Source: Eledone cirrhosa (Eukaryota). Taken from it: a DNA stretch of 64,000 nucleotides. This document shows, piece after piece, positions 38,775-52,881 of the stretch. The translations under genes and the position numbers were made by a program. The stretch lies in assembly GCA_964016885.1 (NCBI GenBank), contig OZ024740.1, forward strand, positions 60,822,001 through 60,886,000, read 5' to 3'. The notes under the pieces were generated by a model, which ran no database searches, had not been told where the DNA came from, and saw only the letters and a list, made by a program, of their open reading frames with translations. The stretch's first letter is position 1. Each line of letters starts with the position of its first letter.

Positions 38775-39560
38775 AAATGATTTCTAGTTATAGGCACAAG
38801 ACCAGTAATTTTGGGGGAGGGGAAAGTCGATTAAATCGATCCAGTACGTTACTGGTACTTTATTTTATCGACCCCCGTAAGGATGACAGGCAAAGTTAAC
38901 TTCGGCGGGATTTGAACTAAGACCATAAAGGGCCGTAACTCTTTCCTGCAAAAGCATGGCGTCAGACCCTCTACCGATACTGCCTACCTTTTATGGTCTG
39001 AGTTCAAATCCCGCCGAGGTTAACTTTGCCTTTCATCCTTACGTGATCGATGAAATAAAGTACCAGTAATACACTGAGATAATTGCTGGCTTTGTGCCAA
39101 AAGTAGAAATAATTATTATTAGCAGTCACTTCTGACGGCACGGGACCAGCTAGTGAACATAAATAATAAATATTTTTTTATTTTGGCGTAAAGCAAGCAA
39201 TTTAGAGGAAAGGAAAGGAAAGTCGATTAAATCGACGTCACTACTAAACTGGTACTTTATTTTATCAACCACTGAAGAATGAAAGGTAAAGTTGAACACA
39301 GCAGGATTTGAACTCAGATTGGGAAGAACCGGAACTAATAATTATTAATATTATCACAAGCCCTAGGGCGGTGGATTGGCAGTATCGGTAGAGAGTCGGA
39401 CACCATGATCTGAGTTCAAATCCCGCCGAGGTAAACTTTGCCTTTCATCCTTACGGGGTCGATAAAATACAGTACCAGTGCGTGACTGGTACTGTATTTA
39501 ATCGACTTTCCCCTCACCCCAAATTACTGGTTTTGTGCCTATACTAGAAATCCTTATTAT
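38775..39560. mobile_element. Cluster of four SINE copies in alternating orientation
   Basis: Minus copy ~38775-38985, plus ~38990-39120, minus ~39180-39330, plus ~39365-39560. Confidence 0.8.
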
Positions 39561-40323
39561 CATAAGCCCTTTATGTGTATTGCTGTATATTTAAATAGGT
39601 ATGCAGAGTTTATTTTAATACCTAATTAATATCAATATTTTTCTTTAAGCGTAACTAGCTACAACTCGCTCTAATTCATAAGAAAAAGAAAAAGAAATGA
39701 GTAGTAGACATGGATGAAAGCATTTGTAAATATACGATAACTCTTGTTCTTAACTCCATTGTGTCTGGAACAATATTTTGTAATATCAACTTGATTTTCT
39801 ATTCAATAAAAATCTTTTAAATATTGCAATAACTTTTTCCCAAAAATGTTTGTTTCAACTGATGATGATCTTCTGTCGGTTTTGATGATCAGAATTCGGT
39901 TGATCAAGTAACTGAGCATCCTTCTCGTGAATTAACGTGGTAAATGGTCGAGTATTCCACAAACATATGTACCTTTAAAGTAATTTTTAAGAAGAATTAG
40001 CTTGGCACAATATATGACAATATGTTAGAATTGCAAATAATAATCTATCCAGCCTACTATACAGTTTCCGTCGACCCAATTTAATTCAGAAGAGGTAACT
40101 AGCCAAAACCGAACTCGCAATTGATTCTCTACTTTTACTAATATACCCACTCTGCATATTACCATGTATCTTATACTTCTCTGGTTTGTGGTCTCCCCGC
40201 AGACTGTCAATATTTACATATGACTGACTGAACACATGTGCTTTTCTGAAAAAAAAAAAAACATTTCTATTCCTTCCTCTTCTCACTTTCTCTCCTTCTA
40301 TTTCATCTTTTATTTCTCATTCT

Positions 40324-40361
40324 ATCTTCTGATAAAAGACTAGCGCCAGAAACGTTAAGAT
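40324..40361 (+). ncRNA. Decayed minimal HHR
   Basis: atctt-CTGATAA-...-GAAACGTT-aagat. Core G8 mutated and stem II poor. Follows a pyrimidine-rich tract. Confidence 0.35.
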
Positions 40362-40949
40362 TAATATATTTCTTTATCGTACTGTATTGTTTCCGTTTAC
40401 TTTTCGCATACACATAGAACAGTCTGCTCGTTAAATTAACATGCAAATAGCTGAGCATACCACTGACGCGTGTACCCTTGGGTAGATTCAGTGCGATTAG
40501 AATAACGTGAAATAAAGTGTCAAGCGTAAGGACTTAATACGCCGCCGAGAATCGAACTCCTGGCGTTACAATCGTGAGCCGAAGACCACTAAGCCATGCG
40601 CTTTCGCACACAAATCACAATGCATGGTCCTGTAACTCCTGGGTGAGTCGTAGGAGTGCCGTATTGACATACGGCGTTTCTAGGGCATTCTAAAACTTGG
40701 CAGGCCCAATCCTCTTCATGTCTAAATGAAACTGATTTCCTCCAGAGAAGGATAAAGGATCAAATAATGGAAGTGAGGAAGAGACACAGAAGAAAGAATC
40801 GGCCCCTATGCTAGACTGGTAATGTTTTTATCGACCTGGAAAGGATGAAAGACAAAGTTGACTTCTGCGGGATTTGAACTCACAGAGCTGAAACGAATAC
40901 CGCAAAGCATTCTGTCCGACGATCTAGCGACTATGTATTCGCCAATGTT

Positions 40950-41110
40950 TAAAGGATGAGGATGTTGTGTGTGACTGTGGTATTGAGCTACAGACTACGC
41001 AGCACCACCTGATATGCCCCCTTCTGGAACATCCCTGCACAGCATTGGACTTAGCAGAGTTTAATGAGAAAGGACAGCAATGTGTTAAGCTGTGGCAGAA
41101 CTACATCTCA
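40950..41110 (+). mobile_element. LINE 3' end with CCHC knuckle (second copy at ~563-665)
   Basis: CDCGIELQTTQHHLICP. The same sequence occurs twice in the window. Confidence 0.65.
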
Positions 41111-42733
41111 CCAAGCTTTGTAGCTGAGACTATTGTGGAAACGATAAGATAGGAATTCGCCAATACATATCTACTAATATATAATTGTTTCTACTTTTAG
41201 CACAAGGCCAGCAATAACCCCAATGCATTACTGGTACTTTATTTTATCGACCTCGTATGGATGAAAGGCAAAGTTAACCCGGCATTATAATACGCTCGTG
41301 TATTTGTCCGTCACACACTAAAGATGACTGAGGAAGGAAGGAGTGGCAGCGTCTAATATTCGCGACACCTGTGTGTTTCTATATGTATAGCGAATTGGCT
41401 ACACACATTGGCTTTTATGATTATGTGTGTTTGTGTAAATTATATTTATATATAATATTTGTGTGAATGTATATGTTTATATTGAAAGATACATAGACGA
41501 TAGAATTACGAACACACACAAATTTACACATACATATATATAAAGACACAATTTAAAAAAATTATTATTACATACCCACACATCTATGTGATGACTGAGG
41601 AAGGAGGGGCTGAGAAACTACAGAAGTCCAGCGTTCTAAGATTCGTCACACTTGTGTGTGTATTTGTAGCGATTTGGCTACACACATTGGCCGTGTGTTT
41701 GTATGTTTGTATCAGTTGTGTGAGTGAGCATGAAGGTACCAACCAACCAACAAACAAACATCTCTTTTTTTTATACTATGTTTACATATTACAATTAGCT
41801 GTCATTTTTGACGGCACTGGACGAGCTATTCGTAATAATAAATATCTAAATAATAAATTCATTTTGTAAACTTTTATACTAAAGTGTAATTTCGGCCGAG
41901 AATATATTATACTTCAGAACAAAAAGCTACCTAAGAAATTTATTTTAAAGAAGCATTTTCTATTTGCGTGTTTCCAAACTTTTCCCGTTATATTAACCTA
42001 TATAACATCATTTCGTTCAGACCGTCAACGTGAAACTTTGTCTTGTTTTTGCTTAACGTAACTTCAGTTAATAAATGTATTTATTTACATGGAGGAGAGA
42101 TCTTTTCCCGCGTATGTATCTTCACCTCGCTATTCTTATTTTAAAGCCTTACTTGTTGATATATTTGTTTAAAATATTTCTCATGTCTGGCTTTATTTTC
42201 AAAGCCCCCTAATAGTTACCTTGAGTTCTCAGACAATAGAATCAATAATTTAAGAAAGATTTGGCGGCTGTTTCTAACAAGTTAAGTGACAACGTGGTCT
42301 TCGTTGGCGGGTTCATCCTTGAGTCACAATTTCCTTCAAAATTGTTTTGGTTGGAAGTAATAAAAATTTCTTGTTTGTTAAATCTAATAACTCCACACAA
42401 TTTAGTGAAATACAAAAGTGGCTTTATCTGAAAGCAGTTCTTTTGCCACCAAGAATCATTAATTAAATGTTTTAATCTGAAAACGACTGGAGTAAAACAA
42501 TTACTGTAAGATTAATTTTTCGGGCTATTAACTGTATCTTTAACCATGTGGCTAATGGTGAAACTATATTATTAACTCGTTACAGACCTTTAGAAATATG
42601 AATTATTGTATTAATTTAAATTTAGTCAAAATCTTCAATATTTCATTTCATACGAGTTACTTATATAGTATGGGTAGTTCGGTGAAATACTGGTTTAGGT
42701 ACCAAATCAATCTATGCATAGACAGAGTGTATA

Positions 42734-42914
42734 ATAGAAAAAAAACGAAAAAGTTTCGTTTGTCACATCAGCAGTCTGATGAGCAGATTTATACTGGAGT
42801 CGGATCCATAACTCCTAATTGGTCACCTTGAGCCAATCCTGTGCGAAACGCGCGTAACAGATCGATACGCGATAAATATTTTTTATATGTAAACGAAACT
42901 TCATTTTTTTCTAT
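42734..42914 (+). ncRNA. Type I HHR with branched stem II and long distal stem I
   Basis: CTGATGA 42776-42782; stem II gca/tgc with inner hairpins ggagt/actcc and ttgg/ccaa; GAAACGCGCGTA 42845-42856; distal pairing aagtttcgttt/aaacgaaactt and atagaaaaaaa/tttttttctat. Proximal stem I is imperfect. Confidence 0.7.
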
Positions 42915-43004
42915 TTCGCATGCACACGCCCACACAACAGAAATTTATGATGGAGAATCAAAAGCACTTTTATAAACATGTTTTATTCTTTTAAATTTAT
43001 TATA

Positions 43005-43957
43005 TACTAGCAGTGGTACCCGGCGTTGCACGGGATAAGGTATTTTGGAACGCGGGCCGCCAACAGACCTAATCGTGGAAAAACTGCATGCCTGTAAAGA
43101 AAATAAACCGAATACTCTGATGGCTGGATAATCTTTAACATTTTTCTCGATGAAGCAGGAAAAATGCAGGTTTTCACCTAATGTGGGCCCTAGTGGATCA
43201 AGAAAAGGAATTTGTTTTATGTGCATAATATGCCTTGAAATTTCGAGAAAATAGGCTAGACGTAACGCCTCCAAAAAACCCTAAGAAGCTGAAAAAATGA
43301 AGTTTTTCACCTAATGGCCATAAAAAAGTTGGATTTTCTTTGCTCACGGTATGAAGAAGAGACTGACTAATACATAGTTACAATTTCAAGGAAATCGGTC
43401 TGACGTAACGCCTCAAAAAACCCCTAAAAAGCTGGAAAAAACCGCAGTTTTTCACCTAATGCGGGCCCTAGGAGATCAAAAAGTTGAATTTTTTATGTGC
43501 ATAACACTCCCTGAAACATAAGTAATACACATGTAAAGTTTGAAAAAAAATCGGTTGGGTACTTCTCGAGTTTTAGGGATTCAAACTCACAGACCCACAC
43601 ACAGAGACAGACATCCTCAGGGAAGTAACGTAATGCAGACAGCCAGACATACAGACATATTATAAGAGCGCGACGTTATATGTATGTATCTATCTAAAAA
43701 GAGAAAGACTAAGAATTATAGAGAGAGATCGCTAAATCACCTAATGCGGTTCATAGGGCCATGAAAATTTAAAATTTCTTTTGCTCAGAACATTGCCTGA
43801 AACATAAGTATTACATGTGTAAAGTTTGAAAACAGTCGGTTAGGTGGTTCTCGAGTTTTAGGGATTCAAACTCACACACATACAGACATCCTCAGTTTTA
43901 AATATATAGACTAGCAGAAATCCACCCGGTGGGCGGTTTTCTGCTCGCAAATCTAGT
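43005..43957 (+). mobile_element. Helentron/Helitron-type non-autonomous element with an internal duplication
   Basis: tactagc...acccggcgttgcacggg start, acagac microsatellite, tttaaatatataga end followed by a GC hairpin and ctagt. Absent from the paralogous block near 53670. Confidence 0.65.
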
Positions 43958-44690
43958 GTATATACTGATATTGTTGAGATTTGGGTGAGAAATGTTTCGG
44001 CACCACATGTTCACCGTCTCTCGGTGTGTCTTTTATGCATGTATAAATATATATGTTTTCTATACGGTGAAATCTTTGAAATAAATATATGTTAAAACGA
44101 AAAAGGAGAAAAAGAGATTAGTGACGGAAATATAAACGTTATGATACATAAACGTTATGATATAACGATGGAAATACATCTTCAAATGGTCCTTGGCATG
44201 GTGTCAAGTCAGAATCGCCTCGAACTGGTTACTTCTGGCTTGTGCAAGGTGTCTCTATAGCAACCAGCGATTCCCTCGGCCTCAGTGACCAAAGTCAGTG
44301 GAGAGGGGAAGATAATGTTTCTATAGCGACAGTGTTTCTCTTGGTAGTACCAAAGTGGAGAAAGGAAGGGGAAGGTAATATTTCTGTAGCACCTACATTT
44401 GAGTTTTAGGGAAGGACAGACAGACAAACAGAGAAATGCCCATATATTTCTGTGTGTGTATATATATATTACACACACAGAAATGTATATATATTTCTGT
44501 GTGTGTATATATATATTTCTGTGTGTGTATGTATATATATATATTACACACACAGAAATGTATATATATTTCTTAGAACAAAATTATTATTAATGTTTTG
44601 CTGTTCATAACAATTGGAATTGAAAAATTACTTTTGAAATTATTAGTTATTTTACTAATGCTTAGATATGTAAAAATGAAGCAATGTTTC

Positions 44691-44885
44691 TAATAATTGT
44701 TTCTACTTTTGGCACAAGGCCAGCAATAACCCAGTACATTACTGGTACTTTATTTTATCGACCCCGTGAGGATGAAAGGCAAAGTTAACCTCGGCGATAT
44801 TTGAACTCAGACCGTAAAGGAACGTAACTCCATGCTATGAAGCATGGTGTCCGACTCTCTACAGATTCTGCCAATCCACCGCCCT
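44691..44885 (-). mobile_element. Full-length dominant SINE
   Basis: From gggcggtggattggcag to the gaaacaattatta tail. Confidence 0.85.
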
Positions 44886-45269
44886 AATGTCTGTACGTAA
44901 TGAGGGAGTGAGAGGGGAGAGAAAGAAAGGCAGAGGTGAAGTGACGAAGTGACTCTCTCCTCCTCCTCCATCTCCCCATTCGTCACAGCGATAGAGGGGA
45001 GGAATGTTAGTGTGTTACAAAGAGAAAGAGTGAGAGTGAGAGAAACAGACAGACTAAAAGAGAGGGATAGCTGGAGAGAGAGAGATAGCAACCACGCGCG
45101 GACGTGTTTCCACTGTCGGACAGAGAAATTGCTGGTTATATATTATAAGGAGATATATATATGTGTGAATTTATGAATTAGCTTCTATTTATAGCAGGTG
45201 AAAATACCACAGTTGAACAGTATTATTTATACTCGAAAGTCTTATTTTTTCTTGTATATCTACTAATAC

Positions 45270-45483
45270 AGTGTAGTCCCGATTATTCGCGGATTTTTTT
45301 TATGGCTTTTTTCACGCTTTTAAATGCTAATTTAATAACAATATACCGTATTTGGCCGGCCTATATTTTACGTTATGTTTTGACGTTTATAGACACTTTT
45401 ATAGACCACGTCCAATATTCGCGTTTTTTCATTCATAGCAGGTGCTCTAAGAACGTAAACCCGCGAATACCGAAGGACAATTG
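45270..45483. mobile_element. Tigger-like MITE (related copy at ~29210-29420)
   Basis: ta|cagtgtagtcccgattattcgcgg ... ccgcgaataccgaaggacaattg|ta. Confidence 0.65.
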
Positions 45484-46689
45484 TATATACATTACTACTC
45501 CAGCAAATAGGACAAAGTCTAGACTTCGTTGAATAGATTGTTTTGTTGTTGTTTTTTGTATTGTCAAGTGAACTAAGGGAATGCTTTATCTACGGCCTGT
45601 CTGGACAGAATAATGCAACTTATTCTAAATATTGCGGCTAGAATAATTGTGAGGAGAAAAAAATATGACCATATCGTTGAGCATATTAAGGCTTGTTGGC
45701 TTCTTGTAAAAGGTGGATTGCATTTAAGATCCTACTACTGTTTCAATACACTAGCCGATTGTTTCGTGAGAATGAATCAAAATGATGTTTGAGATGAAGT
45801 TGGAATGAACACCTTATATATAGTACCAAGTACAGGAATGAAGAAATGTGGTCGAACTTCTGTTGGCATTAAGATCAAATCCGAAAACCTTTCAGGAAAT
45901 ACCACGTTATTTTCGTTTTATAGACTTATCGCACCATGTGGTTTAAAAAATGAAACATGTCCGAAGATTTTTCATGTTCTTCCCAAATTTAAAATAATTG
46001 TTTCTACTTTTTTGCACAAGCCCAGCAATTACACTAGTGCATTACTGGTAGTTGGTTTTATTAACCAAGTAAGGATAAAGGTAAAGTTAACCTCGGTCAG
46101 ATTTGAACTCAGAATGTAAAGGGTCATAACTATGCTGCAAAGCATGGTTGGAGTCCGTCGCCATAAATTGACAATGTCTTCATCACTATATAATTACATT
46201 TCTTATTCTTTTGAATTTATGATATATTCTATTTTTCATATATGAATATGTATTTATAAATGAATGTGTATTATAGCTAATTTTTCATGAAGAATTCTGA
46301 CTTAATTTTTGATTTTACTATGTGATATAAAACTTATCTTTCTCCATTTCATTTTTTTAAAAAGTTGTTTAATCCCTCAACATCCTTGATAGAACAGACG
46401 TATAATTCCAGTCATTATCACCTGGCGTTTTAAAGTTTGTAGGATTACATTATTTAATGTTATTTTCCACATTGTGTGTGTTTTTAGCTGCTATTTCTAG
46501 CAGGTGAAGAGACCACAATTGATCAGTATTATTTATGCTCTAAATAGTTTTATTTTTCTTGTATGTGTACTAATATATAAATTACTACTCCGGCAAATAG
46601 GATAAAGTCTAGACTTCGTTGGATAGATTGTTTTGTTTAGTTATTTTTTTTTTTTTTGTATCGTCATGTAGGCTAAGGGCATGTGTTAC

Positions 46690-46850
46690 TCTATGGCCTG
46701 TCTGGACAGAAGACAGCAACTTATTCTTAATATTGTAGCTAGAATAGTTGTGAAGAGAAAAAAATATGACCATATTGTTGAGCATATTAAAACTTTATGT
46801 TGGCTTTTTGTAAAAGACTGGATTGCATTTAAGATCCTTCTACTGTTTCA
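46690..46850 (+). mobile_element. L2/CR1-type LINE 3' fragment, locally duplicated (also at ~45595-45745 and ~53820-53975)
   Basis: QLILNIVARIV...YDHIVEHIKTLCWL...IAFKILLL. Confidence 0.7.
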
Positions 46851-47044
46851 ATACACTAGCCGATTGTTTCGTGAAAAGTGTTTGTAATTACTTGGTTCTT
46901 TGGGGATTGCTCATCATTAGGGGTTGGTATGATTTGCTTAGGATAGCCTCAGTTTGGTGGTTGAGCTACATGAACGGGACTGTCAAAGTCAGCATGGGAT
47001 TGATTCAATCAATCAATCTAGACCGTATCCTGTCGTCCTCTGAT

Positions 47045-47300
47045 CAAGAGTTAAAAAGACTTGTCTCCCGGATGAATCACTTCGTATGGTCCATTATAGG
47101 GTGGCTGAGGGGGTCTTCGCCGTGCATCGCGAGAAATGAAAACGAACTTCACCTTGTGGAGGTCATTTGGTACCGAGGACCTAGGTGTACCGTGCGTTGA
47201 CATAGGAATAGAGCGTAATTGGCCCACGTTGTCTTTCGGTTGCTCAAGATACCTTTTGACATCCGTTTCTGACTTCGTGCTTAGAATGAATTCCCCCGAC
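47045..47300 (-). mobile_element. Gypsy LTR-retrotransposon integrase C-terminal fragment
   Basis: FVFISRDARRRPPQPPYNGPYEVI (GPY/F motif). Confidence 0.8.
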
Positions 47301-49099
47301 ACAATATATATAAATATATATATATATATATATCCAGAATCAGAAAATATATCCTCTGTGAGACCCTTCGGTAGTCTAACATCATAACCTGGCTCTTCGT
47401 TGATGAGTATTCGGATCAGATCTTCGGTCTGTAATCACGGAGGCTCAGAAAGGGGTTTCACCAGTCTATCACGGAGGCCCGAGAAAAGAGTTACGGTGCT
47501 GTTATTTCTTCTGATTAAGCCATTATAAAAAAATACTTTGAATATGTTATAAGAAATATAAAGAATTTCGAAACTTCGAAGAAGCAGGTTTTTCTCAAAC
47601 TTTACTCTTTGTTCAATCAGCAGCTGCGAAACAGGAAAAATAATTGTTTCTACTTTAGGCACAAGGCCAGCAAATTACCCAGTTCATTACTGGTACTTTA
47701 TTTGATCGACCCCGTAAGGATGAAAGGCAAAGTCAACCTCAGCGGGATTTGAACTCAGATCGTAAAGGGACGTAACTATGCTGGAAAGCATGGCGTCCGA
47801 CCCTCTACCGATACTGCCAAAAAATAATAAAGTTAACATAGAAAGTGAAACAAGACTGCAAGACATGCTAGACTGTTTTCTCAACTTCTGCGGCTTTATC
47901 GGCAGAACAAATATTCAGTGCTATCTACCAACTATTTTCACAGAAATGTTTCAGAAACCACTGGTGTTTGAATTCATTTAACAAAGAAACGATTAGAAAG
48001 CAGATGTCTCTGAAAAACAATCTTAATTATAGTACGAGGCAATGCTGTCAGCCTGTTCTCTTATGTCTACTAACTCTTTTCTCGGGTCATCGTGATTGTA
48101 GACTGGCGAGACTCTTTTCTGGGTCTCCGTGCTTACAGACCGGGGATCAGATCTGAATACTTATAACAGAGTTAACTTTGGATTTCATCCTAACCGGGTC
48201 GATAAAATAAAGTACCAGTAGTGCACTGGGATAATTGCTGGCCTTGTGTCAAAAGTAGAAAAAATTATTTGTACATATATTTATACAAATTATTAGCATG
48301 TAACCACCGTGATGGAAGACCTCGTGAACAATACATGGATATAGAATCTTGATACAATTCAACTTTTTGTTTAGCTGCAACATAGTTTGGTTTAGTATGA
48401 ATGAAAATAAAAATTATTGAAGATAAATATACATTGTGAATGCATTATAATGTGCTTAGCGCGGATATAAATAAATGTGCTCTGCTTCATATCAAAACTA
48501 GAGTCTGTCGATGTCAAGGACGATTAACATTCGGACGAGATAACCCTTTTCTCGATCGAGTGGGGAGGAAGTCACTCGTTTGGAACATTTTTTCTGATGA
48601 TAATATTATCGCTGTGGCGGTAACGCAAAGGGATGAAAGATGATTAAAGACCAGTCATTAATGGATATATTCCTTTTGACGCTGGACACCAGTATTCTCT
48701 GATGACCCTGTATTGCTGTGTTCCTTCATGAAATCTGGATGAGGGTATCACATTTGAGAAGGGATCCTTGTAAGGTGGAATGACTGATACAGGGAATACC
48801 GTTGGCTGTCCTTCGCGGCAAGGCTTTCCACATCTTGTCTATGAAATGCAGCTGAGATATACTGTCTAGCCGAGGGTGTAGAAACCCCAACCCTTTCTTT
48901 GTCTTACTTTTAATTGTTTTGTGAATTCTAAATAAAAAATGTGCCATCTTGTTCGCGGAGCGCAACTGAGTGCGAAGCGCATCCTCCTCCCTATTTCTTC
49001 CACCCCTTTTTTACTATTTTCCCACATTTGCCATTGTATTTTATGTATTCTTGATTATAAAGTAAATGTTCACCCCTCTCTCTCTCTCCCTTTCTTCCT

Positions 49100-49880
49100 T
49101 TCCTCCACCCTGGTGAGCAACATCCTCTTCTTTCCAACATGAACTAGTTCCAACAGAAAATTGGATGACGCTTTTCTACGATGTAGTGGGTTGGGCTTAT
49201 CTGTTCCTGACAAGGTGGAGGACAGACGGAGTCTGAAAGCTTGGGACAGCATACATTCGAAGCCCACCTTTTGACGCGCTCTTCGACCATTTAGATCAGT
49301 TCTCAAGGTGCCACTTACTGTCTGCCAGCGCCAAATACTCAGGCGACTGCGTTGATGCCCTACCCGTGGCATTTGTTGGTGGCCTACTCAGCTTGGACGA
49401 GATTTGTGTCTCCATTGCTCTCAGAGTGGGAGCCGACGTTAGTACGGGTCTGAGGTGTCGGTGTAGCAAATTCCTTGACGCCACAGGCCTTCACGGTCTA
49501 TCTTACCGCCTGAATGCCGGTTGCTTCGCGCGTCACAAGGAGCTAAACCTTATCTTCAAGAGAGCTTTGGCCCGGTCAAACACAGTTAATGACTCTTTTC
49601 CTTCTTCCTACATCCTGGATGCAGGGTAAGGGCAAGAGCTACGGCATCTACAGCTGAACGGAACAAAATCCTAAAATACCGTGTTCTGTCAGCTAACTAC
49701 ATTATCCAGCCTGTGGCGTTCTAGATGTTTGGGGGAGTCGGGCTACTGACAGCGAGGTTCTTATCTTTACTGGCGGCTCGCAAAACAGAGATAACTGGTG
49801 ATGCTCGTGAGAGCACTTGGTTGATCCAGCACCTCAGCTTCGCCATCACCTAAAGTAACGCCGCGAGCGCGCTGGCTTGC
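49100..49880 (+). mobile_element. CRE-like retrotransposon 3' fragment (zinc knuckle plus endonuclease); a shorter piece lies at ~48730-48842
   Basis: ALRVGA...CRC...DATGLHGLS...RHKELN; KILKY...; LIQHLSFAIT. Confidence 0.75.
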
Positions 49881-51226
49881 CTCAAAAGTTATTAGAGATG
49901 TTTCCCAGTGCTCCTCGCAATACTTATCTTTTGCTCTGTAAGCATTTCATTTGTCCACCCCTTTTGTTGTATGTGGTCCTAGATGTGTGTATTGCATGCT
50001 TATGTGTTTTCTTTCTCTTTCTTTTCCCCCTTTCCCTCCCCTTCTCTTTGTATATATTATATTTGTTTGCGTTTCCGAGGGCGGAGGATTGGCAGTATCG
50101 GTAGAGAGTCGGACGCCATGCTTTCCAGCATAGTTACGTCTCTTTACGGTCTGAGTTCAAATCCCGCCGAGGTTTACTTTGCTTTTCATCCTTACGGGGT
50201 CGATAAAATAAAGTACCAGTGGGTAATTGCTGGCCTTGTGCCTAAAGTAGAAACAATTATACTATTATATATTTATACAAATGTACATAAAAAAAATACA
50301 TAAATTAATTTTAAGACGATTTTTTAAAAAATTGCAACATCCGTACTACAGCGAATGGTGACTCGCAGGAATAGGCGAACGTTTCTATCATTATTCTGTT
50401 CTTAAACAAGTTTTTCTCTAGACACTAACCCAGGTTACATTAATTGTGCTCTTGTGCAACAGAAAATCTAACTAACCATCTATTTAAGTCCATAGAAAGA
50501 AATATAGCAAAATGTAATAGAGATTAAAGAGATATTTACATGGTAAAATACATTTAATACTACTTTTTGTTGCTTTGTCATTTTCTTTCATGTCAGTTTT
50601 TGTACATTATTTCCACACAGTGTTATCCTTAACCCTTTAGCATTTGCATTACTCTATATTTACAATTGTATTTTCGCGGTAAAGGCTTTATCTTACATAA
50701 TTATCTCATGTAATATTTAATGTTATTTATTTTGAGAACAATACCTTAACATCAGTATGAGTGACCAGCAATAGTTGGTTTAAACAGAAAGAAGTAAGAG
50801 AATTCTGGCCGGATATAGCCAGTTTGAACAGAAAGAGGTGAGATAATTTTGGCCGGATACAGCCGGTTTAAATGCTATAGGGTTAAAGTACATAAAATCG
50901 CCTTCTGGACAACATATTTTCGTAGTTTAGAAAAATAAAAAAGCGGTTATCGTATTTTTCGATTTATAAGACCAATACTGGTCTTACCTATAAGCTATAG
51001 CTTAGGGCTACACATCCTCGGAGGCCTCATTAAAAAAAATATTTATTTTTATTTCATCATTAGTTTTATTATACAGGGTGGTCCGGCGTTCTTCACCTAC
51101 TTCGCAGGCCTTGAATAATAGTTTATCGTTCCCGCTTATTAATTGTTTAGACCCCCCCCCCCCCACCCATAAGATACACTTTGACGTTAAAAATCTGCCT
51201 GCGTCATAACAGCCGAGAGTATAATC

Positions 51227-51905
51227 ATAATTGCTTCTACTTTTTGCACAAGGCCAACAATTACCTCGGTGCATTACTGGTACTTTATTTTATCGACCCC
51301 GCCAGGATGAAAGGCAAAGTTTACCTCGGCGGGATTTGAACTCAGACCGTAAAGGGACGTAACTATGCTGGAAAACATGGTATCCGACCCTCTACCGATA
51401 AATGCTTTAAAAAACAATTTTGGTGCAAAGTCAGCAATTTCGAGGAAAGGAAAGTCGATTAAATTGACCTCAGTACTGGTTTTATCGTCCCCCAGAAGGA
51501 TGAAAAATAAAGTTGACCATAGTAGGATTTGAACTCAGACTGTAAAGAGCCAGAACTGGCATTATCGGTAGAGCGTCGGACACTCTGCTTAGCGGCATAG
51601 TTACGGCCCTTTACGTTCCGAGTTCAAATCCCGCCGAGGTTAGCTTTGCCTTTTATTTTTACTGAGACGATAAAATAAAGTACCAGTCATGCATTAGGAT
51701 CAATTTAATCGACTTTCCCTTCACCCAAAATTGCTAGCATTGTGCGTAAATCAGAAACCATTATTATCACAAACCTTGCCATTCTGAGTTCAAATCCCGC
51801 CGAGGTTAACTTTACCTTTCATCCTTACGGGGTTGATAAAATAAAGTACCAGTAATACACTGAGTAATTGCTGGCCTTGTGCCTAACGTAGAAACAATTA
51901 TTATC
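51227..51905. mobile_element. Cluster of four SINE copies (two minus, then two plus)
   Basis: Same motifs. Head-to-head junction near 51556. Confidence 0.8.
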
Positions 51906-52881
51906 ACAAACCTTGTATTCGTATTGCTGTAAATAGGCATGCAGGGTTAAGTTTATTTTAATACCTAATTAATATCAATATTGATATTTTTATTTTTTAT
52001 ATAAGTGTAACTAACCACAACTCGCCCTCATTCGTAAGAAAAAGAACTGAATCATGGGTAGTAGACATGGATGAAAGCATTTGTAAATATACGATAATTC
52101 CTGTTCATAACTCTATTGTGTCTGGAACAATATTTTGTAATATTAAGTTGATTTTCTATTCAGTAAAAATTCTTTTAAATATTACAATAACTTTCAACCC
52201 TAAATTTTTGTTCCAACTGATAATGACGATCTTCCGTCGGTTGTGAAGACCAGCATTCTGTTGATCAAGTAACTGAATTAACGTGGTAAATGGAAGGGGT
52301 GATGACAAACTGAGGAAGAAAGGGGTGGCAGCGTCTAATAATCGCTACACCCGTGTGTGTCTATACGTATAGCGAATTGGTTAGATATATTGCCTTGTGT
52401 AAATTAAATTTATATATAATATTTGTGTGGGTGTATATGTGTTTATTTAGATACATAGACAATAGAATTACAAACACACATGAATCTACACACATATATA
52501 TATATATATAAACAGACGCAATTAGAAAAAAATAATTATTACATACACCCACATCTATGTGATGACTGACGAGGGAGGGGTTAGGGTTAAATAATTATTA
52601 CATATACATACATATATGTGATGACGAAGGAGGGGCTGAGAAGTCCAGCCTTCTAAGATTCGTCACAATCGTGTGTAGCGATTTGGCTACACACATTGGC
52701 TCTGTTTGTATCACTTGTGTTTTTGAGCACGAAGGAACCAATCAACCAACAAACAAACATCTGTTACTTTTTCCGTGACATCCGACTAAAATAACATCAT
52801 TTCCCCCGAGAGCGTCAACTTGAAGCCTTGTATTCTTTTTGCTTAACATAACTTCAGTTTTGAGAAAAACAAAAATCGAGA

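Larger units (their letters stand above)
39180..46750 (+). repeat. Copy 1 of a local direct segmental duplication (copy 2 at ~51420-55000)
   Basis: Colinear matches: 39560-39945 with 51905-52290, 41320-42645 with 52300-53545, and 45560-46740 with 53770-54995. Confidence 0.9.

Noticed and set aside
41590-41635. Possible HHR (CTGAGGA...GAAACTacagaAGTC)
   Set aside because: Stems I and II cannot pair.
48692-48748. Possible HHR (CTGATGA...GAAA)
   Set aside because: No stem II pairing, and the cleavage position would be G.
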